A stretch of 64,000 nucleotides of DNA from an uncultured Gemmatimonadales bacterium (GCA_963793305.1 CAWBZV010000010.1:96001-160000), one strand, 5' to 3'. Positions 20,107 through 30,639 are shown, counted from the first letter of the stretch. Numbers and translations are program-made. Notes: generated from the sequence alone by a model not told the origin.

Positions 20107-22167
20107 ATGTTGATCGAGCTCAAAGACATCACGCGCGTGTACCACACCGGCGACGTTGATGTGCGGGCGCTCGCTGGGGTGAGCCTCGCGATCGATCGCG
20201 GCGAGTTCGTCGCGATCATCGGCTCATCCGGATCCGGCAAGTCGACGCTCATGTCGATTCTCGGGTGCCTCGATCGGCCGACGAACGGCCAGTATCTCCT
20301 GAACGGCGTCGATGTCGCCCGGCTCACCGAGCCCGAGCTCGCGCGGATCCGCAGCGAGCAACTCGGATTCGTATTTCAGAGCTTCAATCTGCTGCCGCGC
20401 ACGAGCGCCATCGAGAACGCCGCGTTGCCGCTGTTCTATTCGCCGGGCGCGTCGTCGGGTCGACAGTTCCGGTTCGCGCGTGCCGGCGCGGCGCTGCAGC
20501 GACTCGGGCTCGCGGGCCGCGAGCACAATACGCCCGGTCAGCTCTCCGGCGGACAGCAGCAGCGGGTCGCCATCGCCCGGGCGCTGATCAACTCGCCCAG
20601 CCTCCTCCTCGCCGACGAGCCCACCGGGAATCTCGATACGCGAACCTCGCACGAGATCATGGAGACGGTGACCGCGCTCAATCGCCAGCAGGACGTCACC
20701 GTCATCGTCGTCACCCACGAGGCGGATATCGCGGCCTATGCCGATCGCGTGATCACGATGCGCGATGGGCTCATGGTCTCTGATGAGCGCATTCGGCCGG
20801 CGCACGTGCCAGCCACGGCATCCGCGGCGCAGTCAACCGATGATGGCGCGAGCTCACCTTGGGCGTTCGGCCTGATGATCGGCTCTGCCGCGATCCAGGC
20901 CATCGCCCGCAACGCCATGCGCTCGGCGCTCACGATGCTCGGCGTGTTCATTGGCGTGGCCGCGCTGATCGCGATGGTCGCCGTCGGACAAGGGGCGAAC
21001 GAGGCCGTCCGCAAGCAGATCGAGAGCCTGGGCACGAACCTCCTGGTGGTATTGCCGGGCGCGACCACGATGGGCGGTGTGCGCGCCGGGTCCGGCAGCG
21101 CTTCGACCCTCACGGTCGCGGACGCCCAAGCCATCCGGCGGGAAGATCCGGCCGTTGGTCAGGTGAGCTATCTCATCCGACAGCTCGGCCAGGTCCAGTA
21201 CGGCAGCCAGAACTGGAGCACCCAGGTTCAGGGCGTCACGCCCAACTATCCACCGACTACGAATTGGCGGATCGCCGCCGGCCGCGCGATGACGAAGGAC
21301 GACGATGACAACGCCACGCTCGTCGTCTTGATCGGGCAGACCGTCTACACCCAGCTCTTCGCGCCCTCCGAGAATCCCGTCGGAGCCAATGTGCTGGTGA
21401 AGGGTGTACCGATGCGCGTGATCGGCGTCCTCGAAGGCAAGGGGCAGTCCGCATACGGAACGGACCAGGATGACCTCGTGATGATTCCGTTCACGACGGC
21501 CGAGCGGAAAGTGTTGGGGGTCGCGGCGCCGAGTCAACAACAGACGCCGCCGAACTGGGAGTATGTCACGCCGGTGAACCCGTATGGCATCCAGCCCCGA
21601 CTCACCGGATTCGTGAACCAGTTATACGTGCAGGCGGCGAGCCCGACGGAAGTCGACGCGGCCGTCGACCAAGTGACGGAGACGCTCGCGCGCCGGCATC
21701 AGATCAAGGCCGGCGAGATCAATGATTTCAGCGTCCGCAATCTGAGTCAGATCGCGAGCACGGCGGAGGGCTCGAGCCACATCATGGCCATCCTGCTCGC
21801 CGCAGTGGCGTCGATTTCCCTGCTCGTGGGTGGCATCGGAATCATGAACATCTTGCTCGTGTCCGTCACCGAGCGCACGCGCGAGATCGGATTGCGGATG
21901 GCGATCGGCGCGCGGCGGTTACACGTGTTGCTGCAGTTCCTCGGAGAGGCCGTGATCTTGAGCGTCGTCGGCGGCATCGCCGGTATTCTGTTTGGCGCCG
22001 CGGCGTCCGTGACCATCTCCGTGGTGGCCGGTTGGCCGGCGCCGATCTCCGCCGTGGCGATTCTAGGCGGATTCGCGTTCTCCGCCGCCGTGGGCATCTT
22101 CTTCGGCTACTACCCCGCCCGGAAGGCCGCCCGTCTCGATCCGATCGAGGCGCTGCGTTACGAATAG
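20107..22167 (+). CDS. MacB-like ABC transporter (ATPase-permease fusion)
   Basis: Walker [50 protein letters not shown] and [10 protein letters not shown]. Confidence 0.92.
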   Translation: MLIELKDITRVYHTGDVDVRALAGVSLAIDRGEFVAIIGSSGSGKSTLMSILGCLDRPTNGQYLLNGVDVARLTEPELARIRSEQLGFVFQSFNLLPRTSAIENAALPLFYSPGASSGRQFRFARAGAALQRLGLAGREHNTPGQLSGGQQQRVAIARALINSPSLLLADEPTGNLDTRTSHEIMETVTALNRQQDVTVIVVTHEADIAAYADRVITMRDGLMVSDERIRPAHVPATASAAQSTDDGASSPWAFGLMIGSAAIQAIARNAMRSALTMLGVFIGVAALIAMVAVGQGANEAVRKQIESLGTNLLVVLPGATTMGGVRAGSGSASTLTVADAQAIRREDPAVGQVSYLIRQLGQVQYGSQNWSTQVQGVTPNYPPTTNWRIAAGRAMTKDDDDNATLVVLIGQTVYTQLFAPSENPVGANVLVKGVPMRVIGVLEGKGQSAYGTDQDDLVMIPFTTAERKVLGVAAPSQQQTPPNWEYVTPVNPYGIQPRLTGFVNQLYVQAASPTEVDAAVDQVTETLARRHQIKAGEINDFSVRNLSQIASTAEGSSHIMAILLAAVASISLLVGGIGIMNILLVSVTERTREIGLRMAIGARRLHVLLQFLGEAVILSVVGGIAGILFGAAASVTISVVAGWPAPISAVAILGGFAFSAAVGIFFGYYPARKAARLDPIEALRYE

Positions 22168-22195
22168 GACGGCACGACGGGGACGCCGGGTCTCG

Positions 22196-22864
22196 TCACC
22201 ATGCCGCCTCCGGGACGCGCGCCGCGGTCAGATGATGCGCCAACCAGCTGCTCGCCAATCGGGCGACTTCATCGAGCGCGCCGGGCTCCGGAAAGAGGTG
22301 GGTCGCCCCGGGAATGATCACCATTTCCTTCTCACAGCGCATGCGACGGAACGCCTGGGCGTTCAGCTCGATCACGTGGGCATTGGCGCCTCCGACGATC
22401 AACAGGGTCGGCGTCTGCAACGCCTCGAGCGCATCGTCCGCGAGATCAGGTCGGCCCCCGCGCGACACGATCGCGCGCACGATACCCGCCCGCCCGGTCG
22501 CGGCGCGGATCGCGGCCGCCGCGCCGGTGCTGGCGCCGAAGTACCCAATCGAGTCGCGCGCGAGGGCTTCCTGACGCAACCAGTCCGTCGCGGCACCGAG
22601 CCGGAATCCGAGCAGCGTGGTGTCGAACCGGAGGTGGCCGGTCGACGCATCGACGCGCTCCTCTTCGGGCGTGAGGAGATCGAAGAGCAGCGTCGCGAGC
22701 CCCGCCTCATTCAGCACCCGCGCCACGAATTGATTGCGGGTGGAGTGGCGACCGCTCCCGCTGCCGTGCGCGAACAACACGGTTCCCGCCGCGTTGTCCG
22801 GAACCGTCAAATGCCCGTCGAGGCACAGGCCGTCGATCTTGATGGATACGTTTTGTCTAAGCAT
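22196..22864 (-). CDS. Dienelactone-hydrolase-like alpha/beta hydrolase (Rv0571c C-terminal type)
   Basis: LFAHGSGSGRHSTRN, GYFGASTGAA, VSRGGRPDLA and IPGATHLF. The expected catalytic Asp reads Asn (VGGAN). Confidence 0.85.
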   Translation of the reverse strand: MLRQNVSIKIDGLCLDGHLTVPDNAAGTVLFAHGSGSGRHSTRNQFVARVLNEAGLATLLFDLLTPEEERVDASTGHLRFDTTLLGFRLGAATDWLRQEALARDSIGYFGASTGAAAAIRAATGRAGIVRAIVSRGGRPDLADDALEALQTPTLLIVGGANAHVIELNAQAFRRMRCEKEMVIIPGATHLFPEPGALDEVARLASSWLAHHLTAARVPEAAW

Positions 22865-24351
22865 GTTGCCTCCCTTGCAGCGCACGGTCGAGCCGTGCAT
22901 TGTGGCCGTAGACGTTCTGGATAGAACGCCACAGTGCCGTCGGGCCACACGACGGTCGTCGCGTAGAAGATCAGAACCGGAATCGGCCGGGCCAGCTCGA
23001 CCTCGAACGGGCGGTCGCCGTTCATGGCCGAGTCGATGCGATCGCGCGTCCATCCGACGTTGTCGCGTAATACGTACTCGGCCAGCCTCGCCGGGTCCTG
23101 CACGCGAATACAACCATGGCTGAAATCGCGCCGCGTCCTGAGGAAGAGCTCCGTCGCTGGCGTTCCGTGCATGTAGATATCGAGATCGTTCGGGAACTCG
23201 AACTTCACGAGACCCAGCGCATTGCCGGGCCCAGGCCGCTGCCGAACGCGGATCGCGCCGGATACCAGGCCGGGGATGGCCTTGGCCAGTGGGACGTTGG
23301 GCACGAGCTCCATGTCGTTCTCATCCAGATAGCGCGGGTTTCGGCGGAGCTCAGGAACGATTTCCCGGCGCGCAATCGATCGAGGAACGTCCCAGTACGG
23401 GCGAAACACGACCGACCGCATCGTCTCATCGAGCACCGGTGTCTGCTTCCGAAGCGCCTGGCCGACGATCGCGTTCATCGCCAGCGTCGGTGCCGCATCG
23501 GATTGGATTGAATCGAGCGCCCAGAGGCGGAAGGCGGGAATGTCCACGACGATCACCTGGGTCGTGTCGCGGTCCGGCACCCACCGAAGGCGCTCGAGCG
23601 CCAGCTCCAGTCGTCGCACGTACCACGACGCCGGCGCGCGAAGGGCCGCCATGGTCTCGGGTCCGATGACGCCGCTCGAATCCAGTCCGCGTCGCCTTTG
23701 GAACGTGCGCACGCCGCGCACGAGCGCCTCGTCATAGGTACTGTCGGTCATTGGAGCAACCGATGGGAGATCGCCGAGCGCGATGAGCCATCGATTCAGC
23801 GCATCGGCAGACGGCATTGGGTCGCCTGGATGGATCGTTCGCCGTGGGAGGTGCACTGGGCCGACGGTGGAGTCCTGAGCGAGCTCGCGATAGAAGGCCA
23901 GCGCGGACTCAATGTGGCGGTATTGCGCGAGGCGTGGCTCCGCGTGGCCGAACGCATCGGCGATCCGTCCGGTCGCGAGCGCTTCGCTCGCGAGCGCGGT
24001 CATGTCACACGCCTGGCGTTTGCCACGGAGGCGATAGCCGAGATCGGCGGGGTCGATTCGCCCCACATGCAGATCGCAGAGCGCGGCCTCGAACACCGCC
24101 GATAGACCCGCGTCGAACTCGGCCAGGACCGAGTCGCTCTGCCGCGGCCCAAAGTCCAATGTGGCGGCCACCTCCCGCCAGTGCGCGGCGTCATAGTCCG
24201 CCGGATCGAGGCCGCGACTATCGATGGTGAGCAGGTTCGCGATCAGCGCGTGGGCGGCCGCGTTGGGCCGGCCGGCCGCATCGAACCACAGCGGGCGATA
24301 GCCGGTGTCAACCGGTATGACCAAGACGAAGATGGCGAGGAGTCGAGTCAT
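22857..24351 (-). CDS. L,D-transpeptidase (YcbB/LdtD-like) with PG-binding domain; +1 frameshift near the C-terminus (~22914)
   Basis: VRTFQRRRGL...GVIGPET, PGPGNALGLVKFEFPN, YMHGTP and SHGCIRV. The corrected end is FYPDVYGHN...stop at 22857. Confidence 0.88.
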
Positions 24352-24385
24352 ACGGCCTCAATATCGACCCCCTCCCACTGGACAT

Positions 24386-24426
24386 TGTCAGGCATTGCCC
24401 GACACGGTGAGCGGAGTCCCTGGACA
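24386..24426. promoter_or_regulatory. Tandem operator boxes (ldt / DUF4389 divergent region)
   Basis: TGTCAG-GCATTGC-CCGACA (24386) and TGAGCG-GAGTCCC-TGGACA (24408, +22). Confidence 0.72.
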
Positions 24427-24486
24427 CCGCCCGATGCTGGCCGATCGTAACATGGAGCCCATGAAAACTCTCGCTCGCCTCCCCGT

Positions 24487-25137
24487 ATGAGCGACGCGTA
24501 TCCAGTCGAGGTGCACGTCGAGTCGGCCACGGAGAATCGCAACCGACTCACGACGGCTTTCCGCTTGATCCTCGGATTGCCCCATCTGATCCTCGTCGGA
24601 GGACCCGCGGCGGCGGTGCTCTCGTGGACCTCGCGGCCGCACGCCGGCCAGGATCACATCACGTGGAGCGCGGGCGGCGGACTGCTCGGCGCCGTCGCCG
24701 TCATGGCCGCGATCATCGCGTGGTTCGCGATCGTGTTCACGGGGAAAGCGCCGCAAGGGCTGTGGGACCTCGCTGCGTTCTATCTCCGCTGGCGCACCCG
24801 CGCGATCACGTACCTGGCGTTGCTGCGCGACGAGTACCCGCCGTTCGGCGACGGACCATATCCCGTTACGCTTGATCTCACCGGGCCCGATGTGCCACGA
24901 GACCGCGTGAAGATCGGCTTTCGGATCATCCTCGCTATTCCACAGCTCATCGTGCTGTGGCTCCTCGGCATTGGCTGGGCGTGCGCGACCGTGATCGCGT
25001 GGTTCGCGATTCTCCTGACTGGTCGGTACCCCGAGACGCTGTATCGCTTCGGCGTCGGCGCGTTGCGGTGGAATCTGCGGGTCGACGCCTATCTGTTGCT
25101 CGTCACCGATGCATACCCACCGTTCTCGCTCGACTGA
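24487..25137 (+). CDS. DUF4389 membrane protein (two repeats)
   Basis: Repeated FRLILGLPH...WFAIVFTG...Y..LL.DEYPPF and FRIILAIPQ...WFAILLTGRYP...YPPFSLD. Confidence 0.85.
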   Translation: MSDAYPVEVHVESATENRNRLTTAFRLILGLPHLILVGGPAAAVLSWTSRPHAGQDHITWSAGGGLLGAVAVMAAIIAWFAIVFTGKAPQGLWDLAAFYLRWRTRAITYLALLRDEYPPFGDGPYPVTLDLTGPDVPRDRVKIGFRIILAIPQLIVLWLLGIGWACATVIAWFAILLTGRYPETLYRFGVGALRWNLRVDAYLLLVTDAYPPFSLD

Positions 25138-25147
25138 CGGCGCGCTC

Positions 25148-25600
25148 TTGCCGATCGCCCTGCCCAAACCGGCACTGCAAGGTGGCACAACGGTGGCGTG
25201 GGGGTTGCTCCTCCGACGCACCGTTCGCGAGATCAGCGACAGCGCTAGCAGGCGTTCGAGCATCGTCTGCTGCCGGTCGTCGCGCACGACCTTCGACCGC
25301 TCGCGATCGGCCACGGCCAATCCACGATCAGCGACGAGGCGCCCGTTCGCCTGATTTTCGTTGCCGACATCGACAAGCTGGCGCACACGGCGGGGTATCA
25401 AGAGCCGGGTCTCCGCGATCCGGAGGTCCAGCGGTCCTAGTATTACGTCGACACCGGCCTCATTGCGGCGAACGTGTATCTGTTCGCTGCCTCGACCGGG
25501 CTCGCGGCCTGGTTTCACAACTGCGACAAGCCCGCGCTCACCTCAGCGCTTCATCTTCGCGCTCAGTCGCATTGCCTCAGCGACTCTTTCGAGTCGAGGC
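25148..25600 (+). pseudogene. SagB/nitroreductase-family remnant (internal deletion, in-frame TAG)
   Basis: IALPKP...GG..V...L..RRTVRE, then in another frame APVRLIFVADIDKL...QRS*YYVDTGLIAANVYLFAASTGLAAWFHNCD. Confidence 0.65.
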
Positions 25601-25654
25601 CGTAGCGGAGAATGCGCGACAGCGTGTGAATGGCTTACTGGCACCGGCAATCAG

Positions 25655-26155
25655 CTACCACTTGCTGTCGCGGATGCCGATCCAATACGCCACCTGATCA
25701 ACGGCGACGTGGCCGGCGAAGCTCATCACGAGGACGACGGCCACGTCGGCCCAGGTGAACATCGCGAACGGCCACACGAGTGCGAGGGCGCCGATCACGA
25801 AATCGAGCTGATCCGCCGGCATCCAACGCGCGCCGGGCGGGATGCCGATCCGGCGCTTGACGGCGCTCTTGAGGGCGTCGCCGCCCAGAGCGCCCATGCC
25901 GAACAAGATGCCGACGGCAAGCCAGGATGAGTCTCGAATGAGCCACCCGGACCAGTCCAGTCGGTGTTGGAGGTACACGACGACGATGGCGACAATCACG
26001 CCGGCGGCAAACCCGATCACCGTCTTGTGCGCTCCGAACCAGCGCGCATTGATCGGGCGATTCCACCACGGCCAGTACTTGACGAACGGAGGCGCCATGT
26101 TCGCCGCGTATGCCGGCGTCATCGCGAATGCCAGCTGCGCGAGGCGATACAGCAC
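25655..26155 (-). CDS. CarS-like (CDP-archaeol synthase / DUF46) membrane protein
   Basis: PAYAANMAP, FGAHKT, GALGGDALKSAVKRRIG and DQLDF motifs. Confidence 0.78.
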   Translation of the reverse strand: MLYRLAQLAFAMTPAYAANMAPPFVKYWPWWNRPINARWFGAHKTVIGFAAGVIVAIVVVYLQHRLDWSGWLIRDSSWLAVGILFGMGALGGDALKSAVKRRIGIPPGARWMPADQLDFVIGALALVWPFAMFTWADVAVVLVMSFAGHVAVDQVAYWIGIRDSKW

Positions 26156-26159
26156 GCTG

Positions 26160-27092
26160 TCAGCGATTCGGCGGCGCGACCAGCACCGAGCACCCCGCAC
26201 GCCGCAGCACGCCGTCGGCCACGCTACCGAGTCGCAACCGCTCGACGAACCCCTTGCCGTGCGTCCCGAGTGCGATCAGCTCGACGCCGTGCGCTTCGCA
26301 GAACGCCGACAGCGCGTGCACGGGATCGCCCTCGAGCAGGTGCACGGTGAGCAGGCGGGGCGCACTCACGGACAGAGCGTCAGCCCACGCGGCAAGGCGC
26401 GACCGGAGCGCATCAGTCGCCGGCCCGACGTGGAGGACGTGCACACGGGCGTCGTCGCTGGCGAGCTCCAGCGCGACGTGAGCCGCCTGAGTTGCCGCAG
26501 GCTCGAAATCTGTCGCGAGCGCGACAACAGTCGTCCGGACCTGTGCGTCTGGCGCGACGGCGAGGACCGGCGTGTGAGCGTAATGGATGACGCCGATCGC
26601 CGTCTCGAGACCGAGCAGGCGGTCGACGGTCGTGTGCTCCCCAATGCCGACCACGATCAGCGATGCCGCGACTGCCTCCGCGTGGGCGGTGATCCCCTCG
26701 GCCGGCGCACCAGTCTCGACCCGGACGCGGGCCACGACCCCCGGCACGCTGTCCTCGACCTGTCGGCGGACGCGCGCGGCGGTGGCCTTTGCCGCGGCGT
26801 CATGGACAGCTTCGACGTACCGGACGTACGCGATGCCCGGAGTCAGCGCCGGCCGAAGAACCGCCACAACATCCAGTAGGCGACGAGTGCGGAAGGCGAA
26901 CATGCCACCGACTCGTATCGCGGCGTCAGAGCTCGGATCGCCACACGTGGCGACGACGACCGGTCCGCCGGCCGCGGAGACGTCCCGGACGGCAGCGACT
27001 TCGTTATCGGCCGACGATTCGCTGCTCACTGACCGACGGTTCCATTTGACCTTGGCCAGCACATCCCTTTCCAGATTCGCATCCGTTGTCAT
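26160..27092 (-). CDS. Universal stress protein with a BON-like N-terminal stub
   Basis: GPVVVATCG, ALATDFEPAA and LIALGTHGKGFVERLRLGSVADGVLR. It begins MTTDANLERDVLAKVKW. Confidence 0.85.
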   Translation of the reverse strand: MTTDANLERDVLAKVKWNRRSVSSESSADNEVAAVRDVSAAGGPVVVATCGDPSSDAAIRVGGMFAFRTRRLLDVVAVLRPALTPGIAYVRYVEAVHDAAAKATAARVRRQVEDSVPGVVARVRVETGAPAEGITAHAEAVAASLIVVGIGEHTTVDRLLGLETAIGVIHYAHTPVLAVAPDAQVRTTVVALATDFEPAATQAAHVALELASDDARVHVLHVGPATDALRSRLAAWADALSVSAPRLLTVHLLEGDPVHALSAFCEAHGVELIALGTHGKGFVERLRLGSVADGVLRRAGCSVLVAPPNR

Positions 27093-27251
27093 CGCAATAT
27101 CCTCGCTCCAATGTCTGATGGACGCCAAGCGTCACCACGCGCCCGCCGGAGTGCGCGAGGACGTCCATTCGATCGGCCAGCGGGGTGATGGGGATGGAAC
27201 GCCGCACCTCGCGGGACATCTCCTCTAAGAGCTGATGCATGATCTCCGTCG

Positions 27252-28505
27252 TCATGGCGCAAATGTCATGAGAGTCGAGCCCAAACCGCTTCGCACGTGG
27301 AGCGCCTCGTCACGCCCGTTGGACCGAGTCACGAGTCCCAACGACTCGACATTGGCGATCGTGCGCGTCAGATGGCGTCTTCCCTCTCCATCGTCGTTCA
27401 ACATGAGATCGACCCGGCGGTCGCGATGATCGTAGGCCGCGCCGCGGAACGTGAGACCGACACCCTGAACTTGCGCTCCAATCGTCGGGTCGTCGATTTC
27501 GATATTGACCCGTCTCCCGGCATTCCGGGCCGTCACGCCGTCGAGCAACCTGCTCCACATCTCCCGATCGCTCGTGGACACACTCCCCATCGCACGACGC
27601 AGTGCGAGTGCCTCGGTGGGAAGCGGCGGAGGGCTCGCGAGGACCGTGCACACCGCTCCGTGGAGCAGGCCCGTCGCTGAACTGCCAACGAACAGGCGCT
27701 CGAGGATCGTCGGACCATGGGTACCGACCGCGATCAGGTCCACGTTCGAGTCGTGCGCGCATTGCAGGACGTGCTCGACGACCGCGCCGCGCGCCACGCG
27801 GGTATCGATCGTCACGTTCTCCGGCGCCTGCGCTTTGAGCACGAGCAGCAGCCGATCGAATGCCTTGCTCATCTCGTCGATGGCGCCGAGCTCGGGCACG
27901 GGCCGGACGTGCAGCAGCGTCAGCGCACCGCCCGGCTCGAGGAGCTGCAGCGCGATCTCCGCCGCGCGAACGCTGGGAGGCGCGAAGTCGACCGCGACGA
28001 TCGCTCGATGGACAATGCCGTTCCATTGAGGAGCCACGGACAGCACCGGGCAGTCCGCGAACCGCAAAACGTGCGCGGCCCGTTCGCCCGCGATGGTCGA
28101 CCACGGTCGATGGTGCGGGTGAGCCGCCAATACAATGAGGCTCGCGCGGTGCTCGTGCGCGAGTCCGGCGATGCCTCGAGCCACCGACCCGTACAGCATC
28201 TGCAGGGACCATTCGTCACTTCCGAGGCCGAACGCGGTCACCCAGCGCCGCACATGCGCCTCACGCGCTCCGCGCTGGAGCTCGTCCATGAACATGGGGA
28301 GCGCGACATCTCCGGTGCCGTAAATCGGCAAGGGCTCCAAGACCGTCGCGACCTCGAGCGGCTGCTTCAGCCGCGTAGCCAGCCGCCGGGCGGTTACGAG
28401 CGACGCATGGGTCCGATCGGCGCCGTCTGTCGCCAGAACAACTGGGCCGGCACGCAGCGCAGACTGACGTGTTTTTGCTTGGGTCTGCTCCACTGTCGTT
28501 GACAC
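27252..28505 (-). CDS. Tandem-USP + DUF5335-like protein, paralog of 2096..3334
   Basis: Near-identical blocks, e.g. SVRAAEIALQLLEPGG.LTL.HVRP and GVTARN.GRR...RRHLTR. Confidence 0.87.
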   Translation of the reverse strand: MSTTVEQTQAKTRQSALRAGPVVLATDGADRTHASLVTARRLATRLKQPLEVATVLEPLPIYGTGDVALPMFMDELQRGAREAHVRRWVTAFGLGSDEWSLQMLYGSVARGIAGLAHEHRASLIVLAAHPHHRPWSTIAGERAAHVLRFADCPVLSVAPQWNGIVHRAIVAVDFAPPSVRAAEIALQLLEPGGALTLLHVRPVPELGAIDEMSKAFDRLLLVLKAQAPENVTIDTRVARGAVVEHVLQCAHDSNVDLIAVGTHGPTILERLFVGSSATGLLHGAVCTVLASPPPLPTEALALRRAMGSVSTSDREMWSRLLDGVTARNAGRRVNIEIDDPTIGAQVQGVGLTFRGAAYDHRDRRVDLMLNDDGEGRRHLTRTIANVESLGLVTRSNGRDEALHVRSGLGSTLMTFAP

Positions 28506-28560
28506 GGGTCACCAACCATTAGAAGGTGCCCTCAGGATGCAGCGGAGAGGCTCGCGAAGA

Positions 28561-28602
28561 TGTCGGCTAAGGGCCTGACAGCGCGTCGGGGACTTGCTGA
28601 CA
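28561..28602. promoter_or_regulatory. Tandem operator boxes upstream of USP-DUF5335
   Basis: TGTCGG-N8-CTGACA (28561) and CGTCGG-GGACTTG-CTGACA (28584); the right half-sites are 22 bp apart. Confidence 0.75.
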
Positions 28603-28623
28603 CCGACCACCGCTCCGCGAGGA

Positions 28624-28824
28624 TCACTTGCGTTGCGCCGTTGCGGCGGCGCGTCCCAGTTCATCCAGCATGCGGTGATACGTCGCCGCATCGATTTCGC
28701 CGCGCGCGTATCGGCTCTTGACGATCTCGATCGGGTCCGCGGTGCGCGAGGCGCGCAGACGCTGGAGGATCACCCACGCGATGGCGATCGCGAGCACCAG
28801 CCAAGCGCCCCAGAGAAAGATCAT
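28624..28824 (-). CDS. Small membrane protein with SHOCT domain
   Basis: A TM helix followed by DPIEIVKSRYARGEIDAATYHRMLDEL. Confidence 0.78.
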   Translation of the reverse strand: MIFLWGAWLVLAIAIAWVILQRLRASRTADPIEIVKSRYARGEIDAATYHRMLDELGRAAATAQRK

Positions 28825-28914
28825 CCCTCTCCCCCATGCATCCCGGCACGCCGGGTACCAGAATGGGTTGCAGCATAGGGCGAAGCAGGATCAGGATCCC
28901 GCGACCGGCTTGCG

Positions 28915-29574
28915 TCACGACGGCTCGACCGTCAGCTGATTGTCCACGCGCCTGGTGCCCGGCGCCGCCCACGCCGCCCGTTCAGCCTCGCGACGCTCGT
29001 CGAACGACCTGACCGTCCCGCGCAGCGTCACCGTGTGCCCCTCGGTTTCGATCCCGATCTGCTCCGCATCGACCCTGGCGTTGCGCTCCAGGGCTGCCTC
29101 GATGTCGGCGCGGATGGCTACCGGCGACGCCTCGGATGGCGACACCGTAATCAAGTTCGTGATGGCCCGCACACCGATGAGGTTCCGGACGGCAGCTTCC
29201 GCCGCGTCGCGCTCGAAGACCGTGTCCACAGTGCCGTCGAGCGTCAGACACCCGCGCTCGGCGCGGATTTTTACCCGATCCTTGGGCACGAAGAGATCCC
29301 AGTCGAGGAGGTTCGCGGCCGAGCGGGCGAGGTCCCCGTCCGACTGCTCGAACTTATGCGGTAGCTCGACCTGTAGCTCTTGTGCGACGCCACGCACGCC
29401 TTTGACGCGTTCCGCGGCTTGCGCGGCCGCGTACTTCTCGCCGTAGCTCGGCACGCAGCCACGCAACGTCACCACACCATCCTTCACACTCACACCAATG
29501 CCCTTCTCCGAAACGCTCGGCTCAAAGCGAAGCGACTCGATGATGTCGTGCTGCAAGTGCGCATCCGTCTTCAT
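28915..29574 (-). CDS. Three-BON-domain (OsmY-like) protein
   Basis: MKTDAHLQHD...IGVSVKDGVVTLRG...VKGVRGVA and AAWAAPG. Confidence 0.9.
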   Translation of the reverse strand: MKTDAHLQHDIIESLRFEPSVSEKGIGVSVKDGVVTLRGCVPSYGEKYAAAQAAERVKGVRGVAQELQVELPHKFEQSDGDLARSAANLLDWDLFVPKDRVKIRAERGCLTLDGTVDTVFERDAAEAAVRNLIGVRAITNLITVSPSEASPVAIRADIEAALERNARVDAEQIGIETEGHTVTLRGTVRSFDERREAERAAWAAPGTRRVDNQLTVEPS

Positions 29575-29678
29575 CTGATCCTCCGCTCCCGCATTCGCAT
29601 GATGACGCGCCATGCGAGGAAGCTGACGAACAGGAGACCGACGGCCGACAGCACGACTACGCCAATGTTCTGCAGCAC
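29571..29678 (-). CDS. 35-aa single-TM small protein (not in the ORF track)
   Basis: GGAG RBS, GTG start, (M)LQNIGVVVLSAVGLLFVSFLAWRVIMRMRERRIR; its TGA overlaps the BON ATG. Confidence 0.6.
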   Translation of the reverse strand: MLQNIGVVVLSAVGLLFVSFLAWRVIMRMRERRIR

Positions 29679-29730
29679 AATGCACTCCGATCAGGTTGTA
29701 TTGAGCCTACCGCGGGCGGTCGGGGACGAC

Positions 29731-29771
29731 TATCGGGTAGTCGGCGACAGCGTGTGAGGCATCACCTGACA
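29731..29771. promoter_or_regulatory. Tandem operator boxes (BON operon / flavodoxin divergent region)
   Basis: TATCGG-GTAGTCG-GCGACA (29731) and TGTGAG-GCATCAC-CTGACA (29753, +22). Confidence 0.7.
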
Positions 29772-29804
29772 CCGCCCAACCCCGAGGTTTATACGCTACG
29801 AAGC

Positions 29805-30287
29805 ATGAAGACACTCATCGTTTATTACTCACGTTCCGGGCACACGCGCCGCGTGGCCGTCGCGCTCGCTGCATCGCTACAAGCGGACCTGGAAGAGATC
29901 ACGGAACCGCGTGGTCGTCAGGGGATCTTCGGGTACCTTCGCTCGGCGAGGGAAGCGATCAAGCGCATTCCGGTGCGCATTACACCGACGCGCGATCCGG
30001 CGCTGTACGACCTCGTCGTGATCGGCACGCCCGTGTGGGCGGCATCCCTGTCCTCCCCCGTGCGGGCCTACCTGATCGCCAATCGCGATCGCTTGGGCGA
30101 CATGGCGTTCTTCTGCACGATGGGCGGACGCGGCAGCGCAAACGTGTTCGCGCAGATGCAGAAGCTGACGCGCAGGCCGCCGCGCGACACGATCGCTGTC
30201 ACGGATCGCGAGATCACCTCTGGCGTGTGTTGGGCGCGCCTCGAAGCCTTCGCGGCGACGATCGCGCCGTTCGTGCCCACAACCTGA
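29805..30287 (+). CDS. Flavodoxin-family protein
   Basis: MKTLIVYYSRSGHT, YDLVVIGTPVW and AFFCTMGG. Confidence 0.88.
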   Translation: MKTLIVYYSRSGHTRRVAVALAASLQADLEEITEPRGRQGIFGYLRSAREAIKRIPVRITPTRDPALYDLVVIGTPVWAASLSSPVRAYLIANRDRLGDMAFFCTMGGRGSANVFAQMQKLTRRPPRDTIAVTDREITSGVCWARLEAFAATIAPFVPTT

Positions 30288-30308
30288 GACCTTCACCGTA
30301 TCCTCACG

Positions 30309-30575
30309 ATGTCACGACTGCTCGCTTTCATCATGATCGCGGGCTGCTGGGCCACCAGCGCTGCGCAGGTTCCCACGCCACCCGATGCCAATGATCCGCC
30401 AGGCCGGGTCGGACGCTTGTCGTTCATCGAAGGCGCGGTGTCCTTCCGGCCGGCCGCCGGGGACACGTGGGCGATACCACAGCCGAACCGAGCGGTTACG
30501 ACCGGCGATGAGCTGTGGGTGGATGTGTCCAGCGTCGAGACCGTGCCGGGCGTGCTGTCGGTGAAGTGCGGGTAG
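30309..30575 (+). pseudogene. N-terminal fragment of a secreted FecR/DUF6600-type protein
   Basis: Signal peptide, then DPPGRVGRLSFIEGAVSF...NRAVTTGDELW, ending abruptly. Confidence 0.55.
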
Positions 30576-30639
30576 ATAATGGCGGCTTCGGTCTCGTTGC
30601 TGCCCGCGACACAGAGAACCGGACCCGCGCTCGCGTCAT

